Below are positions 46,532 to 55,650 of a stretch of DNA of 64,000 bases, piece by piece. A program made the translations under genes and the position numbers. Each line of letters starts with the position of its first letter. Position 1 is the stretch's first letter. The notes beneath the pieces are model-generated. The model worked only from the letters and a program-made list of their open reading frames with translations, was not told where the DNA came from and ran no database searches. Origin of the DNA: Thermoanaerobaculia bacterium (lineage in GTDB: Bacteria > Acidobacteriota > Thermoanaerobaculia > UBA5066 > Gp7-AA6); assembly GCA_040879385.1 (NCBI GenBank), contig JBBDKM010000062.1, positions 4,707 through 68,706 of the forward strand, written 5' to 3'.

Positions 46532-47107
46532 ATGCGAACCCTTCGGCTTTCGATCGTCCTCGCCGGCGGCTTGGCATTTCTGAACGGCGCTTCGGCGGGA
46601 GCCGACGCTCCCGTCTACGTCGGGGCCAAGAAGTGCCGGGGATGCCACTTGAAGCAGTTCCAGACGTGGGAGACGACGAAGATGGCCAAGTCCTTCGAGC
46701 TACTACGCGCGGGTGTGGCAGCCGGCGCGAAGAAGAAGGCTGGCCTCGATCCGCAAAAGGACTACACGCACGACGAGAAGTGCCTCGGCTGCCACACAAC
46801 TGGCTACGGCAAGCCCGGCGGGTTCCTCAGCGTCGAGAAGACGCCCGACCTCGTGGGCGTGCAGTGCGAGTCGTGCCACGGGCCGGGAAGCGAGTACTTG
46901 AAGGAAGGCGGGATGACGCTGAAGAACAAGGACTACAAGCGGGAGGAGCTCGTCAAGCTCGGCCTCGTCGTGCCCAAGGCGGAGACCTGCACCTCCCTCT
47001 GCCACAACGAGAAGAGCCCGTTCGTCGGGAAGGGTTATGTCTTCAAGTTCGAGGAGCGAAAGGCACAGGGCACCCACGAGCACGTCGCCTTGAAGTTCTC
47101 CCACTAG
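46532..47107 (+). CDS. Cytochrome c554-like tetraheme protein
   Basis: YVGAKKCRGCH, CLGCHTTGYG, GVQCESCHGPG, CTSLCH; strong RBS. Confidence 0.85.
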   Translation: MRTLRLSIVLAGGLAFLNGASAGADAPVYVGAKKCRGCHLKQFQTWETTKMAKSFELLRAGVAAGAKKKAGLDPQKDYTHDEKCLGCHTTGYGKPGGFLSVEKTPDLVGVQCESCHGPGSEYLKEGGMTLKNKDYKREELVKLGLVVPKAETCTSLCHNEKSPFVGKGYVFKFEERKAQGTHEHVALKFSH

Positions 47108-47196
47108 AGGGAGGGCGGCTCACGGTGCCGGCGATCCCGGGTGCCGGCCTCTCCGCGCGCGCGGGCGGTCCTGGACGTCGGCGCGCTCCATGCGCG

Positions 47197-47394
47197 GGCG
47201 GCATCGGATCGGCGCTTCTCGAAAACCTCGTCCGCAATCTCCGGGCCCTCGGGATCGAGCGGCTGTGCACCGAGGTCGCATGGGACGAGCACGACCTGAA
47301 CCGTTTCCTGGGCCGTCAGGGCTTCGTCCCCGCGCCGAGACTCGTTCTGGAGCTTCGGCTGATGGAGATCATAGGGCCGGCCGCCGGCCGCTGA
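47197..47394 (+). pseudogene. C-terminal GNAT acetyltransferase remnant
   Basis: GGIGSALLENLVRNLRALGIERLCTEVAW...FLGRQGF with no N-terminus. Confidence 0.6.
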
Positions 47395-47445
47395 GATTCT
47401 GGGTTCGCGGCGCGGCCCGGAAGCCAGCCGGAAAAAGGGGGGAGC

Positions 47446-48150
47446 ATGACTCATCTGGTGACGGCAGAGCGCGCGTTGGACGTGCGTTCGCTTTCTGCGA
47501 GCGCGGGAACTGCGGAGGCGCTCTCGCGCTTCGACTCGCTGTCTTCCGGCGAGCGATTCGTCCTGGTCTCCGGCGGTACCGCCGCGGAAGTCCTGCGGCG
47601 GCTCCAGGCGGAACGGCCGGGGCTCTTCGAGTGGTCGCCTCTTGCGTCCGGACCCCCGGTCTGGCGCATCGAGATCGCGCGGCGCGAGGCCTCCTCCGGC
47701 GGGCTCCGGGGAGTCAACGATGCGCTGTCCTGGGACCACGACCGGCTCGACGCCCTCGAGGATGCGGCCTTCCGGGCTCGCGCCGCCGGGGATCTGCAGT
47801 CGGCCTACGACCTTTACGCAGAGTTCGCCGTCGGACTGCAGCGCCACATCGGTTTCGAGGAGGAGTTGCTGTTTCCGGCATTCGAGGCCGGGACCGGGAT
47901 GCCCCCGACGGTCGGACCGACATCTGTGATGCGCGCGGAGCATCGGGAGATCCGGCAGCTGCTCGATGAGATCGCCGCGTGCATCGGAGACGCAGCGGCA
48001 CCGGTCGAGCGGTTGCGCGCACACTTCCACGCCGTCCTGGGCGACCACAATCTCAAGGAGGAGCACGTCCTCTACCCCGGAACGGACGACTTGCTCGGCA
48101 GCGAAGAGGCGGACCGCCTCGTCCGGCAGATCCAGCGCTACGGTTCGTAG
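47446..48150 (+). CDS. DUF2249-like + hemerythrin (HHE) domain protein
   Basis: DHDRLD, RHIGFEEELLFP, MRAEH, HNLKEEHVLYP. Confidence 0.85.
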   Translation: MTHLVTAERALDVRSLSASAGTAEALSRFDSLSSGERFVLVSGGTAAEVLRRLQAERPGLFEWSPLASGPPVWRIEIARREASSGGLRGVNDALSWDHDRLDALEDAAFRARAAGDLQSAYDLYAEFAVGLQRHIGFEEELLFPAFEAGTGMPPTVGPTSVMRAEHREIRQLLDEIAACIGDAAAPVERLRAHFHAVLGDHNLKEEHVLYPGTDDLLGSEEADRLVRQIQRYGS

Positions 48151-48202
48151 CCCAAAACGATCTGACCTGATCGGGCGCGCCTGAGTCGCGGCGGGTCCGT
48201 CC

Positions 48203-48239
48203 TGGTGTCAGTGCATCAGGAATTGATGCGAACGCATCA
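48203..48239. promoter_or_regulatory. Tandem 16-bp palindromes, including a symmetric TGATGCGAACGCATCA (48224-48239)
   Basis: Seen directly; lies upstream of a PAS-LuxR remnant. Confidence 0.7.
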
Positions 48240-48297
48240 TCCGGCGCGACACGCGCGAAGGTGACGATTCGCTCGAGGCCCTGAACGGAGGCGTGCA

Positions 48298-48356
48298 ATG
48301 GAGCAGATCTTCGACGAGACGCTCGACCGCATCTCCCGGAGCGGGGAGGCCGTTTT
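48298..48356 (+). pseudogene. 5' remnant of a third PAS-LuxR gene
   Basis: GGAGG RBS then MEQIFDETLDRISRSGEAV, versus EALDRIARSGEAVF in the intact paralogues. Confidence 0.7.
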
Positions 48357-48460
48357 AGCTTTCGTTTTCGGGTGAGTTGGCCGAAGTAGGCCTCAACCAT
48401 ATTGAGCCAGGAGCTGCTGGTGGGTGTGAAGTGAAGGTGGAAGCGGCTTTCGTCCTTCAA
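48357..48460 (-). mobile_element. IS630-family transposase remnant
   Basis: RFHLHFTPTSSSWLNMVEAYFGQLTRKR is the conserved IS630 C-terminal motif. Confidence 0.8.
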
Positions 48461-48585
48461 GAGCCCAGAGATGCCGGAGCGCTGGAATCGCTGGCGCCAA
48501 AGTAAGACCGTGGCCGGCTCGTACCCAGACGTCCAGCAATGGCATGGTTGGCCACGCTGTGCATCTTGGAGAAGGCCCGAACGCT

Positions 48586-48627
48586 ATGACGCAAATCATA
48601 TGGAGGTTGCCAGTTCGTCGACACACT
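48586..48627 (+). promoter_or_regulatory. Crp/Fnr-like box ATGACGCAAATCAT (48586-48599) with possible -10 element upstream of the nxr operon
   Basis: Identical box at 34970-34983; same spacing to a -10-like hexamer as in the radical SAM promoters. Confidence 0.65.
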
Positions 48628-48651
48628 CGGCGGATAAGGAGGGTGGATAAA

Positions 48652-49380
48652 GTGACCCACAAGAACTCGCTCTTGCGGCCGGCCTTCGTGACGTTTCTCG
48701 CCCTGGCTTTCAGTGTGTCGTCCGTCTCGGGCTATGTGGGAACGACGGTCAGCAATGGGGGCGCGGTCTCGGGAACCGTGACGGCCCCGGGCGCAAAGGC
48801 GCTGCCTCCCGTCAGGGTGGCCAAGGACGCTCAGGTGTGCAGCGCCACGCACCAGCCGGAGACGATCGTCGTCGGCAAGGACGGCGCGCTCGCTAACGCC
48901 GTCGTCTATCTCAAAGACATCGCGACGGGCAAGCCGCTCGACAAGGCCGCGAAGGCCTCGCTCGACAACAAAGCGTGCACGTACGTGCCCCACGTCGCCG
49001 TCGTCCCGGTCGGCTCGACGCTCACGATCCACAGCTCGGACAACGTGCTGCACAACGTGCACGCCCTGATGGGCAGCGACACGCTCTTCAACATCGCGCT
49101 GCCCCTCCCGGGCATGCAGATACCGCAGACGATGAGGAAGCCGGGCATCGTCAACGTCAAATGCGACGCGGGCCACACATGGATGGCCGCCACGATCTAT
49201 GTCGTCGAGCACCCCTACTATGCGGTGACCGACGCGGCCGGCAAGTTCGACCTGAAGGACGTCCCGCCCGGGACCTACACCCTCGTGGCCTGGCACGAGT
49301 CGCTCGGGACGCAGGAGCAGAAAGTGACGGTCGCCACGGGCAAGCCGGCGACCGCGTCGTTTACGTACGCGGCAAAGTAG
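48652..49380 (+). CDS. Secreted cupredoxin-like / carboxypeptidase-regulatory-like domain protein
   Basis: Signal peptide; CTYVPHV, DNVLHNVH, KCDAGHTWM (candidate type-1 Cu ligands). Confidence 0.75.
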   Translation: MTHKNSLLRPAFVTFLALAFSVSSVSGYVGTTVSNGGAVSGTVTAPGAKALPPVRVAKDAQVCSATHQPETIVVGKDGALANAVVYLKDIATGKPLDKAAKASLDNKACTYVPHVAVVPVGSTLTIHSSDNVLHNVHALMGSDTLFNIALPLPGMQIPQTMRKPGIVNVKCDAGHTWMAATIYVVEHPYYAVTDAAGKFDLKDVPPGTYTLVAWHESLGTQEQKVTVATGKPATASFTYAAK

Positions 49381-49387
49381 GAGGCAC

Positions 49388-50359
49388 ATGGAGGCCACTG
49401 CCCCGGCCCTTCGCACGGTGCTCGTCGTCGACTCGCGCCTGAGTCGGCGGGTCGTCGACCTCGCGGCCGACCAGGCGCGGGCGTCGGGAGACCACGCGCC
49501 GGCGCGGGAGCTGGCCCGGGCGCTCGAGCCGGTCTACGCGAGCACCTCAGATCCGGCCGAACGGATGGCGAAGTTCGAATCCGTCTACCGCCGGCTCTTC
49601 GCAAAGTGGGGCTACGAGGGGCTCTTGGCCGGAGCGCTCGACGAATTTCCTGTCGTGACGCAATCGATCGAGTCCATCTGGTTGAAACATGCCGAGCGCG
49701 GCGAGACGGCCGGCGCCGACCTGGGCGGGGCAAACCTGCGGCAACTCGGCATCCTGATTCCGGCGCCTCTGTGTCTCGACCCGGAAGCCCTGCGCCTGTT
49801 CCTTCGGCGCGAGCTCTCCGCCGTCGAGGATACGTTCGACCCGCTGTTCGGTTACTCGCCGGGGGCGCTTCTGCCCGAGCTGCCCGGCGCGATGGAGAAC
49901 CTGGCGCGGGACCGCCTGCGGCTGCTCTGGGGCGCTTCGGTCGACGGCCGTCTGGCGCGCCGCTATCGACAGTACGCTCAACTCCGCGAGGAGCGGCTCG
50001 CAGAGGCTCGCGCAGCCTACAGGAGCCTCCCGATCGAGCTTCCGGAGCGGCTCGTCGAGACGCTCTGGTCCGGTCCCCGACCGGTCTACTCGCGGCTGCG
50101 GCACTGGGCGTGCGACAACGAGAGCTTGCTCGACGCGTTCCTTCCGGGCACACGGCCGCTTGCCGCGGCGTTCGTGCCCGGCTCCCCGTGCCCTCTCTGC
50201 GGCTTCCCGGTGACGCGCGTCGAAACCGGGTGGGACTCGCAAGAGCGCCGGACTCTAGCCGCGCTCATCGCGGGCGACTTCTCATCGTGGCGTCCCGAGT
50301 CGGGCGCCTGCGAGCGGTGCGTGGAAGGGTACGCGGTTCGCGCGGGGCAGTGGCTGTGA
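49388..50359 (+). CDS. Hypothetical protein with C-terminal CPLC...CERC metal-binding motif
   Basis: GGAGG RBS, operonic overlap, C-terminus duplicated at about 35170-35357. Confidence 0.75.
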   Translation: MEATAPALRTVLVVDSRLSRRVVDLAADQARASGDHAPARELARALEPVYASTSDPAERMAKFESVYRRLFAKWGYEGLLAGALDEFPVVTQSIESIWLKHAERGETAGADLGGANLRQLGILIPAPLCLDPEALRLFLRRELSAVEDTFDPLFGYSPGALLPELPGAMENLARDRLRLLWGASVDGRLARRYRQYAQLREERLAEARAAYRSLPIELPERLVETLWSGPRPVYSRLRHWACDNESLLDAFLPGTRPLAAAFVPGSPCPLCGFPVTRVETGWDSQERRTLAALIAGDFSSWRPESGACERCVEGYAVRAGQWL

Positions 50360-50628
50360 GAGCCCTCCTGTCCCGCAGGGAGCTTTTCCGGAACTTCGCC
50401 CGCAAGGCTCCGCGGCGGGCCGCGATTTCCCCGGACCTGTGCTCGGCCTGGTCCGGGAGCGACTGCCGGCTGTGCGCGGCGGTCTGTCCGCGCCCGGGAG
50501 CGGTGCTGTGGCGCGGGGACGGGCCGGCCGTCGACGCCGCCCTCTGCGACGGATGCGGGATCTGCCTCACATCCTGCGAGAGCGCCGGCTCTGCCGGGGC
50601 GATTCGGCTGGTTTCGAGAGTGGCCTGA
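50356..50628 (+). CDS. NapF/NapG-like 2x[4Fe-4S] ferredoxin
   Basis: LSRRELF N-terminus; CSAWSGSDCRLCAAVCP and CDGCGICLTSC. Confidence 0.82.
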   Translation: MRALLSRRELFRNFARKAPRRAAISPDLCSAWSGSDCRLCAAVCPRPGAVLWRGDGPAVDAALCDGCGICLTSCESAGSAGAIRLVSRVA

Positions 50629-50641
50629 GGGAGGAATTCCG

Positions 50642-53600
50642 ATGAAAACCACACGAAGGCAGTTCGCGAAGATCGCCGGCGCGGCGGGGGCCGCGGCCGC
50701 TCTCGGCCCAAAGGCCTTCGGCTTCAACCTGTTCGAGCCGGTTTCGGTCGACAACCCTCTGGCGGCGTACCCGTCGCGCGGCTGGGAAAAGGTCTACCGG
50801 GACCAGTACCGCTACGACTCCTCCTTCACGTGGGTCTGCTCGCCCAACTGCACGCACGAGTGTCGCCTGCGCGCCTTCGTGCGCAACGGCGTGATGCTCC
50901 GCTCCGAGCAGAACTACGACTCGGGGCGCATCGGCGACCTCTACGGCAACCGGGCTTCCGTCCACTGGAACCCGCGCGGCTGCCCGAACGGCTTCACGTT
51001 CCAGCGGCGCGTCTACGGCCCCTACCGCCTCCGCTACCCGATCGTCCGGAAGGGGTGGAAGGCGTGGGCCGACGACGGCTTCCCGGAGCTCGACGAGGCC
51101 GGACGCGCGAAATACAAGTTCGACTCGCGCGGCACGGACGAGTTCCTGCGCGTCTCCTGGGACGACGCCTTCACCTACGTCGCGAAAGGATTCGTCGCGA
51201 TCGCCCGGCGCTACAGCGGCGACGAGGGCAGGAAGCGCCTGCTGGCGCAGGGCTATCCCGAGGAGATGCTCGCGCACTGGGGCGGCGCCGGAACGCGCAC
51301 GATCAAGACGCGCGGCGGGATGGGAGTTCTCGGGTTCATCGGCAAGTACGGCATGCACCGCTTCTGCAACGGCCTGGCGCTGCTCGACGCGCAGATCCGG
51401 AAGGTCGGGCCGGAGCAGGCGAAGGGCGGCCGGATCTGGTCGAACTACACCTGGCACGGCGACCAGGCGCCGGGCTTTCCCTTCGTCCACGGGCTCCAGT
51501 CCTCGGAACCCGATCTCAACGACCTGCGCAACTCCAAGCTCCACATTTCGATCGGGAAGAACCTGATCGAGAACAAGCGGGCCGACAACCACTTCTTCAC
51601 CGAGCTGATGGAGCGGGGAGCGAAGATCGTCGTCATCACGCCCGAGTACTCGCCCGCCTCGCAGAAGGCTGACTACTGGATCCCCGTGCGCCCGCAGTCG
51701 GACGCGGCGCTGCTGCTCGGCGTTTCGAAGATCCTGATCGACGAGAAGAAGTACGACGCCGACTTCGTCAAGAAGTACACCGACCTGCCGCTTCTCGTCC
51801 GCACGGATACGCTCAAGAGACTCAAGCCCGAGGACATCATCGCGGGTTACGTGCCTGCCGATCTCTCCGGTGGCATGTCGCAGAAGCGGCAGGGCTTGAC
51901 ACCCGAGCAGCGCAAGCAGGTGGGCGACTTCGTGGTCTGGGACGCGAAGACGGCCCGGCCGGTTCCGGTCACGCGTGACGAGATCGGGCCGCTCTTTACG
52001 AAGAAGGGCATCGACCCGGCGCTCTCGGGCACGTACACGCTCCGGGGCGTGGACGGCAAGCCGATCGAGGTCATGCCGCTCTTCGAGATGTACAAGCTCC
52101 ACCTGCGCGATTACGACCTCGACAGCGTCGCGGAGATGACGTCCGCCCCGAAGGAGCTGATCCGCCGGCTCGCCGAGGACATCGCAACGATCCAGCCGGT
52201 CGCGATCCACATCGGCGAGGGGATCAACCACTGGTTCCACGCGACCGAGATCAACCGCGCGGCCTACCTGCCGCTGATGCTGACGGGCAACATCGGCCGG
52301 CCGGGCGCCGGCTGCCACACCTGGGCCGGCAACTACAAGGCGGCCCTCTTCCAGGGCTCGGCCGAGACGGGGCCGGGCTTCAAGGGCTGGGTCGCCGAGG
52401 ACCCGTACCACCTGAACCTCGACCCGAACGCAGACGGCAAGGATATCCAGGCCCACGCCTACACGTACGACGAGGAGGTCGGCTACTGGAACTACAACGA
52501 CCGGCCGCTCGTCGTCGACACGCCGAAGTACGGCCGCAAGTGCTTCACGGGCCAGACGCACATGCCGACGCCCACGAAGGCGATCTGGTTCACCAACGTG
52601 AACCTGATCAACAACGCCAAGTGGGCGTACCAGATGATCAAGAACGTCGATCCGATGATCGAGATGATCGTCGCGACCGACATCGAGTTGAACGGCACGG
52701 TCGAGTACTCGGACATCGCGCTGGCCGCCTCGAGCTGGGTCGAGACCGAGACGCACGAGGTGACCGGCTCCTGCTCCAATCCGTTTCTGCAGATCTGGAA
52801 GGGGGGCATGCGGCCGGTCTACGACACCCGGGACGACGCGCAGATCGTAGCCGGAGTCTCCAGGCGCCTCGGGGAGCTCATCGGCGACCGGCGCCTGACC
52901 GACCTCTGGAAGTTCGTCCACGAAGGCCGGAGCGAGGTCTACATCCAGCGGCTGCTCGACGCCTCGATGACGACGCGCGGCTACAAGCTCTCCGACATCC
53001 TCGCCGGTAAGTACGGGGAGCCTGGCGTGGCGCTCTTCCTCTTCCGCACGTACCCGCGCATTCCCTTCTACGAGCAGATGGTGGACGGCGAGCCGTTCTA
53101 CACGCCGACCGGCCGGCTCCAGGCCTACAACGACGAGCCGGAGATCATCGAGTACGGCGAGAACTTCATCGTGCATCGCGAGGGGCCGGAGGCGACGCCC
53201 TACCTGCCGAACGTCATCGTCTCGTCGAACCCGTACGTCCGGCCCGAGGACTACGGCATCCCGCCCGCGCACATGGGCGCGGGCGAGCGCCAGGTGCGCA
53301 ACGTCCGGCTGCCCTGGGCAGAGGTCAAGAAGAGCAAGAACCCGCTCTGGGAGAAGGGCTATCAGTTCTTCTGCCTGACGCCCAAGACCCGGCACTCGAC
53401 CCACTCCTCGTGGCAGACGACGGACTGGCAGTTCATCTGGAACAACCAGTTCGGCGACCCGTACCGGGCGGACCGGCGGTCACCGGGTGTGGGCGAGCAC
53501 ACGCTGCACATCCACCCGCAGGCCGCGCGCGACCTCGCGATCGCCGACGGCGACTACGTCTACGTGGACGCGAACCCGGCCGATCGCCCCTACGAGAACT

Positions 53601-54088
53601 GGAAGCCGAACGATCCCTTCTACAAGGTGTCGCGCCTGATGCTGCGCGTCAAATACAACCCGGCCTACCCGTACTCGATCGTCATGATGAAGCACGCGCC
53701 GTGGATGGCGACGGAGAAGACGGTCCGCGCTCACGAGACGCGCCCGGACGGGCGGGCCCAGTCGGAGGGAACCAACTACCAGTCCTCCTTCCGCTACGGC
53801 TCGCAGCAGTCCATCACGCGCGCCTGGGCCATGCCGATGCACCAGCTCGACTCTCTCTTCCACAAGCTGAAGGCGACGCAGGGCTTCCTCTTCGGCTTCG
53901 AGGCGGACAACCACGGGATCAACACGGTCCCGAAGGAAACGCTCGTGAAGATCACGAAGGCCGAGGACGGCGGCCTGGGCGGCAAGGGCGTCTGGAAGCC
54001 GGCGACGACCGGCACCTCGCCCGGCGCGGAGAGCGATTCGATGAAGCGCTACCTCGCCGGCGAGCTGACCTCCGTCAAGAAGGGATAG
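50642..54088 (+). CDS. nxrA: Periplasmic nitrite oxidoreductase/nitrate reductase alpha subunit, Nitrospira/anammox type
   Basis: Tat TRRQF; YRDQYRYDSSFTWVCSPN, RAFVRNGV, WSNYTWHGDQ (Asp Mo ligand), GEGINHWFH, FRYGSQQSITR, NTVPKETL; 1148 aa. Confidence 0.92.
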   Translation: MKTTRRQFAKIAGAAGAAAALGPKAFGFNLFEPVSVDNPLAAYPSRGWEKVYRDQYRYDSSFTWVCSPNCTHECRLRAFVRNGVMLRSEQNYDSGRIGDLYGNRASVHWNPRGCPNGFTFQRRVYGPYRLRYPIVRKGWKAWADDGFPELDEAGRAKYKFDSRGTDEFLRVSWDDAFTYVAKGFVAIARRYSGDEGRKRLLAQGYPEEMLAHWGGAGTRTIKTRGGMGVLGFIGKYGMHRFCNGLALLDAQIRKVGPEQAKGGRIWSNYTWHGDQAPGFPFVHGLQSSEPDLNDLRNSKLHISIGKNLIENKRADNHFFTELMERGAKIVVITPEYSPASQKADYWIPVRPQSDAALLLGVSKILIDEKKYDADFVKKYTDLPLLVRTDTLKRLKPEDIIAGYVPADLSGGMSQKRQGLTPEQRKQVGDFVVWDAKTARPVPVTRDEIGPLFTKKGIDPALSGTYTLRGVDGKPIEVMPLFEMYKLHLRDYDLDSVAEMTSAPKELIRRLAEDIATIQPVAIHIGEGINHWFHATEINRAAYLPLMLTGNIGRPGAGCHTWAGNYKAALFQGSAETGPGFKGWVAEDPYHLNLDPNADGKDIQAHAYTYDEEVGYWNYNDRPLVVDTPKYGRKCFTGQTHMPTPTKAIWFTNVNLINNAKWAYQMIKNVDPMIEMIVATDIELNGTVEYSDIALAASSWVETETHEVTGSCSNPFLQIWKGGMRPVYDTRDDAQIVAGVSRRLGELIGDRRLTDLWKFVHEGRSEVYIQRLLDASMTTRGYKLSDILAGKYGEPGVALFLFRTYPRIPFYEQMVDGEPFYTPTGRLQAYNDEPEIIEYGENFIVHREGPEATPYLPNVIVSSNPYVRPEDYGIPPAHMGAGERQVRNVRLPWAEVKKSKNPLWEKGYQFFCLTPKTRHSTHSSWQTTDWQFIWNNQFGDPYRADRRSPGVGEHTLHIHPQAARDLAIADGDYVYVDANPADRPYENWKPNDPFYKVSRLMLRVKYNPAYPYSIVMMKHAPWMATEKTVRAHETRPDGRAQSEGTNYQSSFRYGSQQSITRAWAMPMHQLDSLFHKLKATQGFLFGFEADNHGINTVPKETLVKITKAEDGGLGGKGVWKPATTGTSPGAESDSMKRYLAGELTSVKKG

Positions 54089-54092
54089 CGCG

Positions 54093-54356
54093 ATGCCGTA
54101 CGACGATCCGGACCGGGAAGATCCGCACGAGCTCATGGGCGTTTTCGTGCCGGAGGGCGACGAGGACGAGATGGCGCGCACCTTCGTCGAAGAGTTCGTG
54201 CGGATGGGGGCGAGCGACGAGGACCTGTGGCGAATGTTCCGCTCCCCCTTCTATGCCGGGATGAACCGCATCCTCGCCCGGCGCGGCGAGCCGTACGTCG
54301 CCGCCGTGATCGAGCAGGTCCGCGCGCAATGGGGCTACTGGAGGGCGATGCGATGA
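54093..54356 (+). CDS. Small acidic hypothetical protein between the alpha and beta subunit genes
   Basis: Fills the gap exactly, ATGA overlap with nxrB; DPHELMGV...EEFVRMG...FRSPFYAG. Confidence 0.75.
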   Translation: MPYDDPDREDPHELMGVFVPEGDEDEMARTFVEEFVRMGASDEDLWRMFRSPFYAGMNRILARRGEPYVAAVIEQVRAQWGYWRAMR

Positions 54357-55621
54357 ACCCGAAAGTCTTCAACTGGCAGCTCGGCCGCGATATGGAGTAC
54401 CCGTACGCGGAGACGCACCCCGACCGCCAGTTCGCCTTCGTCTTCAACACGAATCGGTGCATCGCGTGCCAGACCTGCACCATGGCCTGCAAGTCCACCT
54501 GGACCTTCTCGAAGGGCCAGGAATACATGTGGTGGAACAACGTCGAGACCAAGCCCTACGGCGGCTACCCGCAGAACTGGGACGTCAAGCTGTTGCAGAT
54601 GCTCGACGAGGCGAATCCCGAGGGACAGACCTGGAATGAGGCCGCGAAGGAGAAGGGCCCCTACGGCGCGTTCGAGGGGAAGACCATCTTCGAAGCCGTC
54701 GCGACCGCGCCGTCGGAGCCGGGGCAGCGGGCGCTCGGCTACCTGCCGTCGGAGGACGAGTGGCGGTTTCCCAACATCGGCGAGGACGTCTCGACGGGCT
54801 ACGAGGGCGCCGGCCTCGGGATGTCGAAGACCGGCGTCCAGCTCCCGGAGCACGGGAGCTGGTTCTTCTACCTCGCGCGGATCTGCAACCACTGCACCTA
54901 CCCGGCGTGCCTGGCGGCCTGCCCGCGCGGCGCGATCTACAAGCGCACCGAGGACGGGGTCGTCTTGATCGACCAGGAGCGCTGCCGCGGCTACCGCAAG
55001 TGCATGGAGGCCTGCCCCTACAAGAAGACGATGTTCCGCGCGACGACGCGCGTGACGGAGAAGTGCATCGCCTGCTACCCGCGCCTCGAGGGCAAAGACC
55101 CGCTCTCGAAGGGCAAGCCTATGGAGACGCGCTGCATGACCTCCTGCGTCGGGAAGATCCGGATGCAGGGGCTGGTCCCGATCGACCGGGCCTCGCGCGC
55201 CTGGAAGGACGACCCATCGCACCCGCTCGTCTTCCTGGTCAAGAAGGAGAAAGTGGCCCTGCCGCTCTACCCGCAGTTCGGCACGGAGCCCAACGGCTAC
55301 TACATCCCGCCGCGCTGGGTGCCGCGCCCGTACCTGCGGCAGATGTTCGGCCCCGGTGTCGACGCGGCGCTCGAGAGGTACCAGGCGCCGTCGCGGGAGC
55401 TGCTCGCCGTCCTGCAACTCTTCCGCGCCACACAGCTCATCCTCGAGCGCTTCGAGGTGATCCCGGGCAAGAAGGTTTTCGAGACGACGATCAACGGCAA
55501 GAAGTGGGAGATGTTCAACGACACGGTCCTGGGCTTCGACATGGCGGGCGAAGAGGTGGTCCGGACGACGGTCGAGGAGCCCTTCCACGTGCGCCCGGAA
55601 AGCCATCCCAACAGCATCTAG
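54353..55621 (+). CDS. nxrB: Nitrite oxidoreductase/nitrate reductase beta (Fe-S) subunit
   Basis: NWQLGR..YPY, CIACQTCTMACKSTW, GQEYMWWNNVETKPYGGYP, RICNHCTYPAC, LPLYPQFGTEPN. Confidence 0.93.
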   Translation: MNPKVFNWQLGRDMEYPYAETHPDRQFAFVFNTNRCIACQTCTMACKSTWTFSKGQEYMWWNNVETKPYGGYPQNWDVKLLQMLDEANPEGQTWNEAAKEKGPYGAFEGKTIFEAVATAPSEPGQRALGYLPSEDEWRFPNIGEDVSTGYEGAGLGMSKTGVQLPEHGSWFFYLARICNHCTYPACLAACPRGAIYKRTEDGVVLIDQERCRGYRKCMEACPYKKTMFRATTRVTEKCIACYPRLEGKDPLSKGKPMETRCMTSCVGKIRMQGLVPIDRASRAWKDDPSHPLVFLVKKEKVALPLYPQFGTEPNGYYIPPRWVPRPYLRQMFGPGVDAALERYQAPSRELLAVLQLFRATQLILERFEVIPGKKVFETTINGKKWEMFNDTVLGFDMAGEEVVRTTVEEPFHVRPESHPNSI

Positions 55622-55650
55622 CGCCATGACGCAACCCGACGCCCCGACCC

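Noticed and set aside
50567-53404. 945-aa minus-strand ORF
   Set aside because: Antisense shadow of nxrA.
50642-55621. Canonical cytoplasmic NarGH or NapA
   Set aside because: The Tat signal, absence of NarI and the sequence motifs fit the periplasmic NXR clade.
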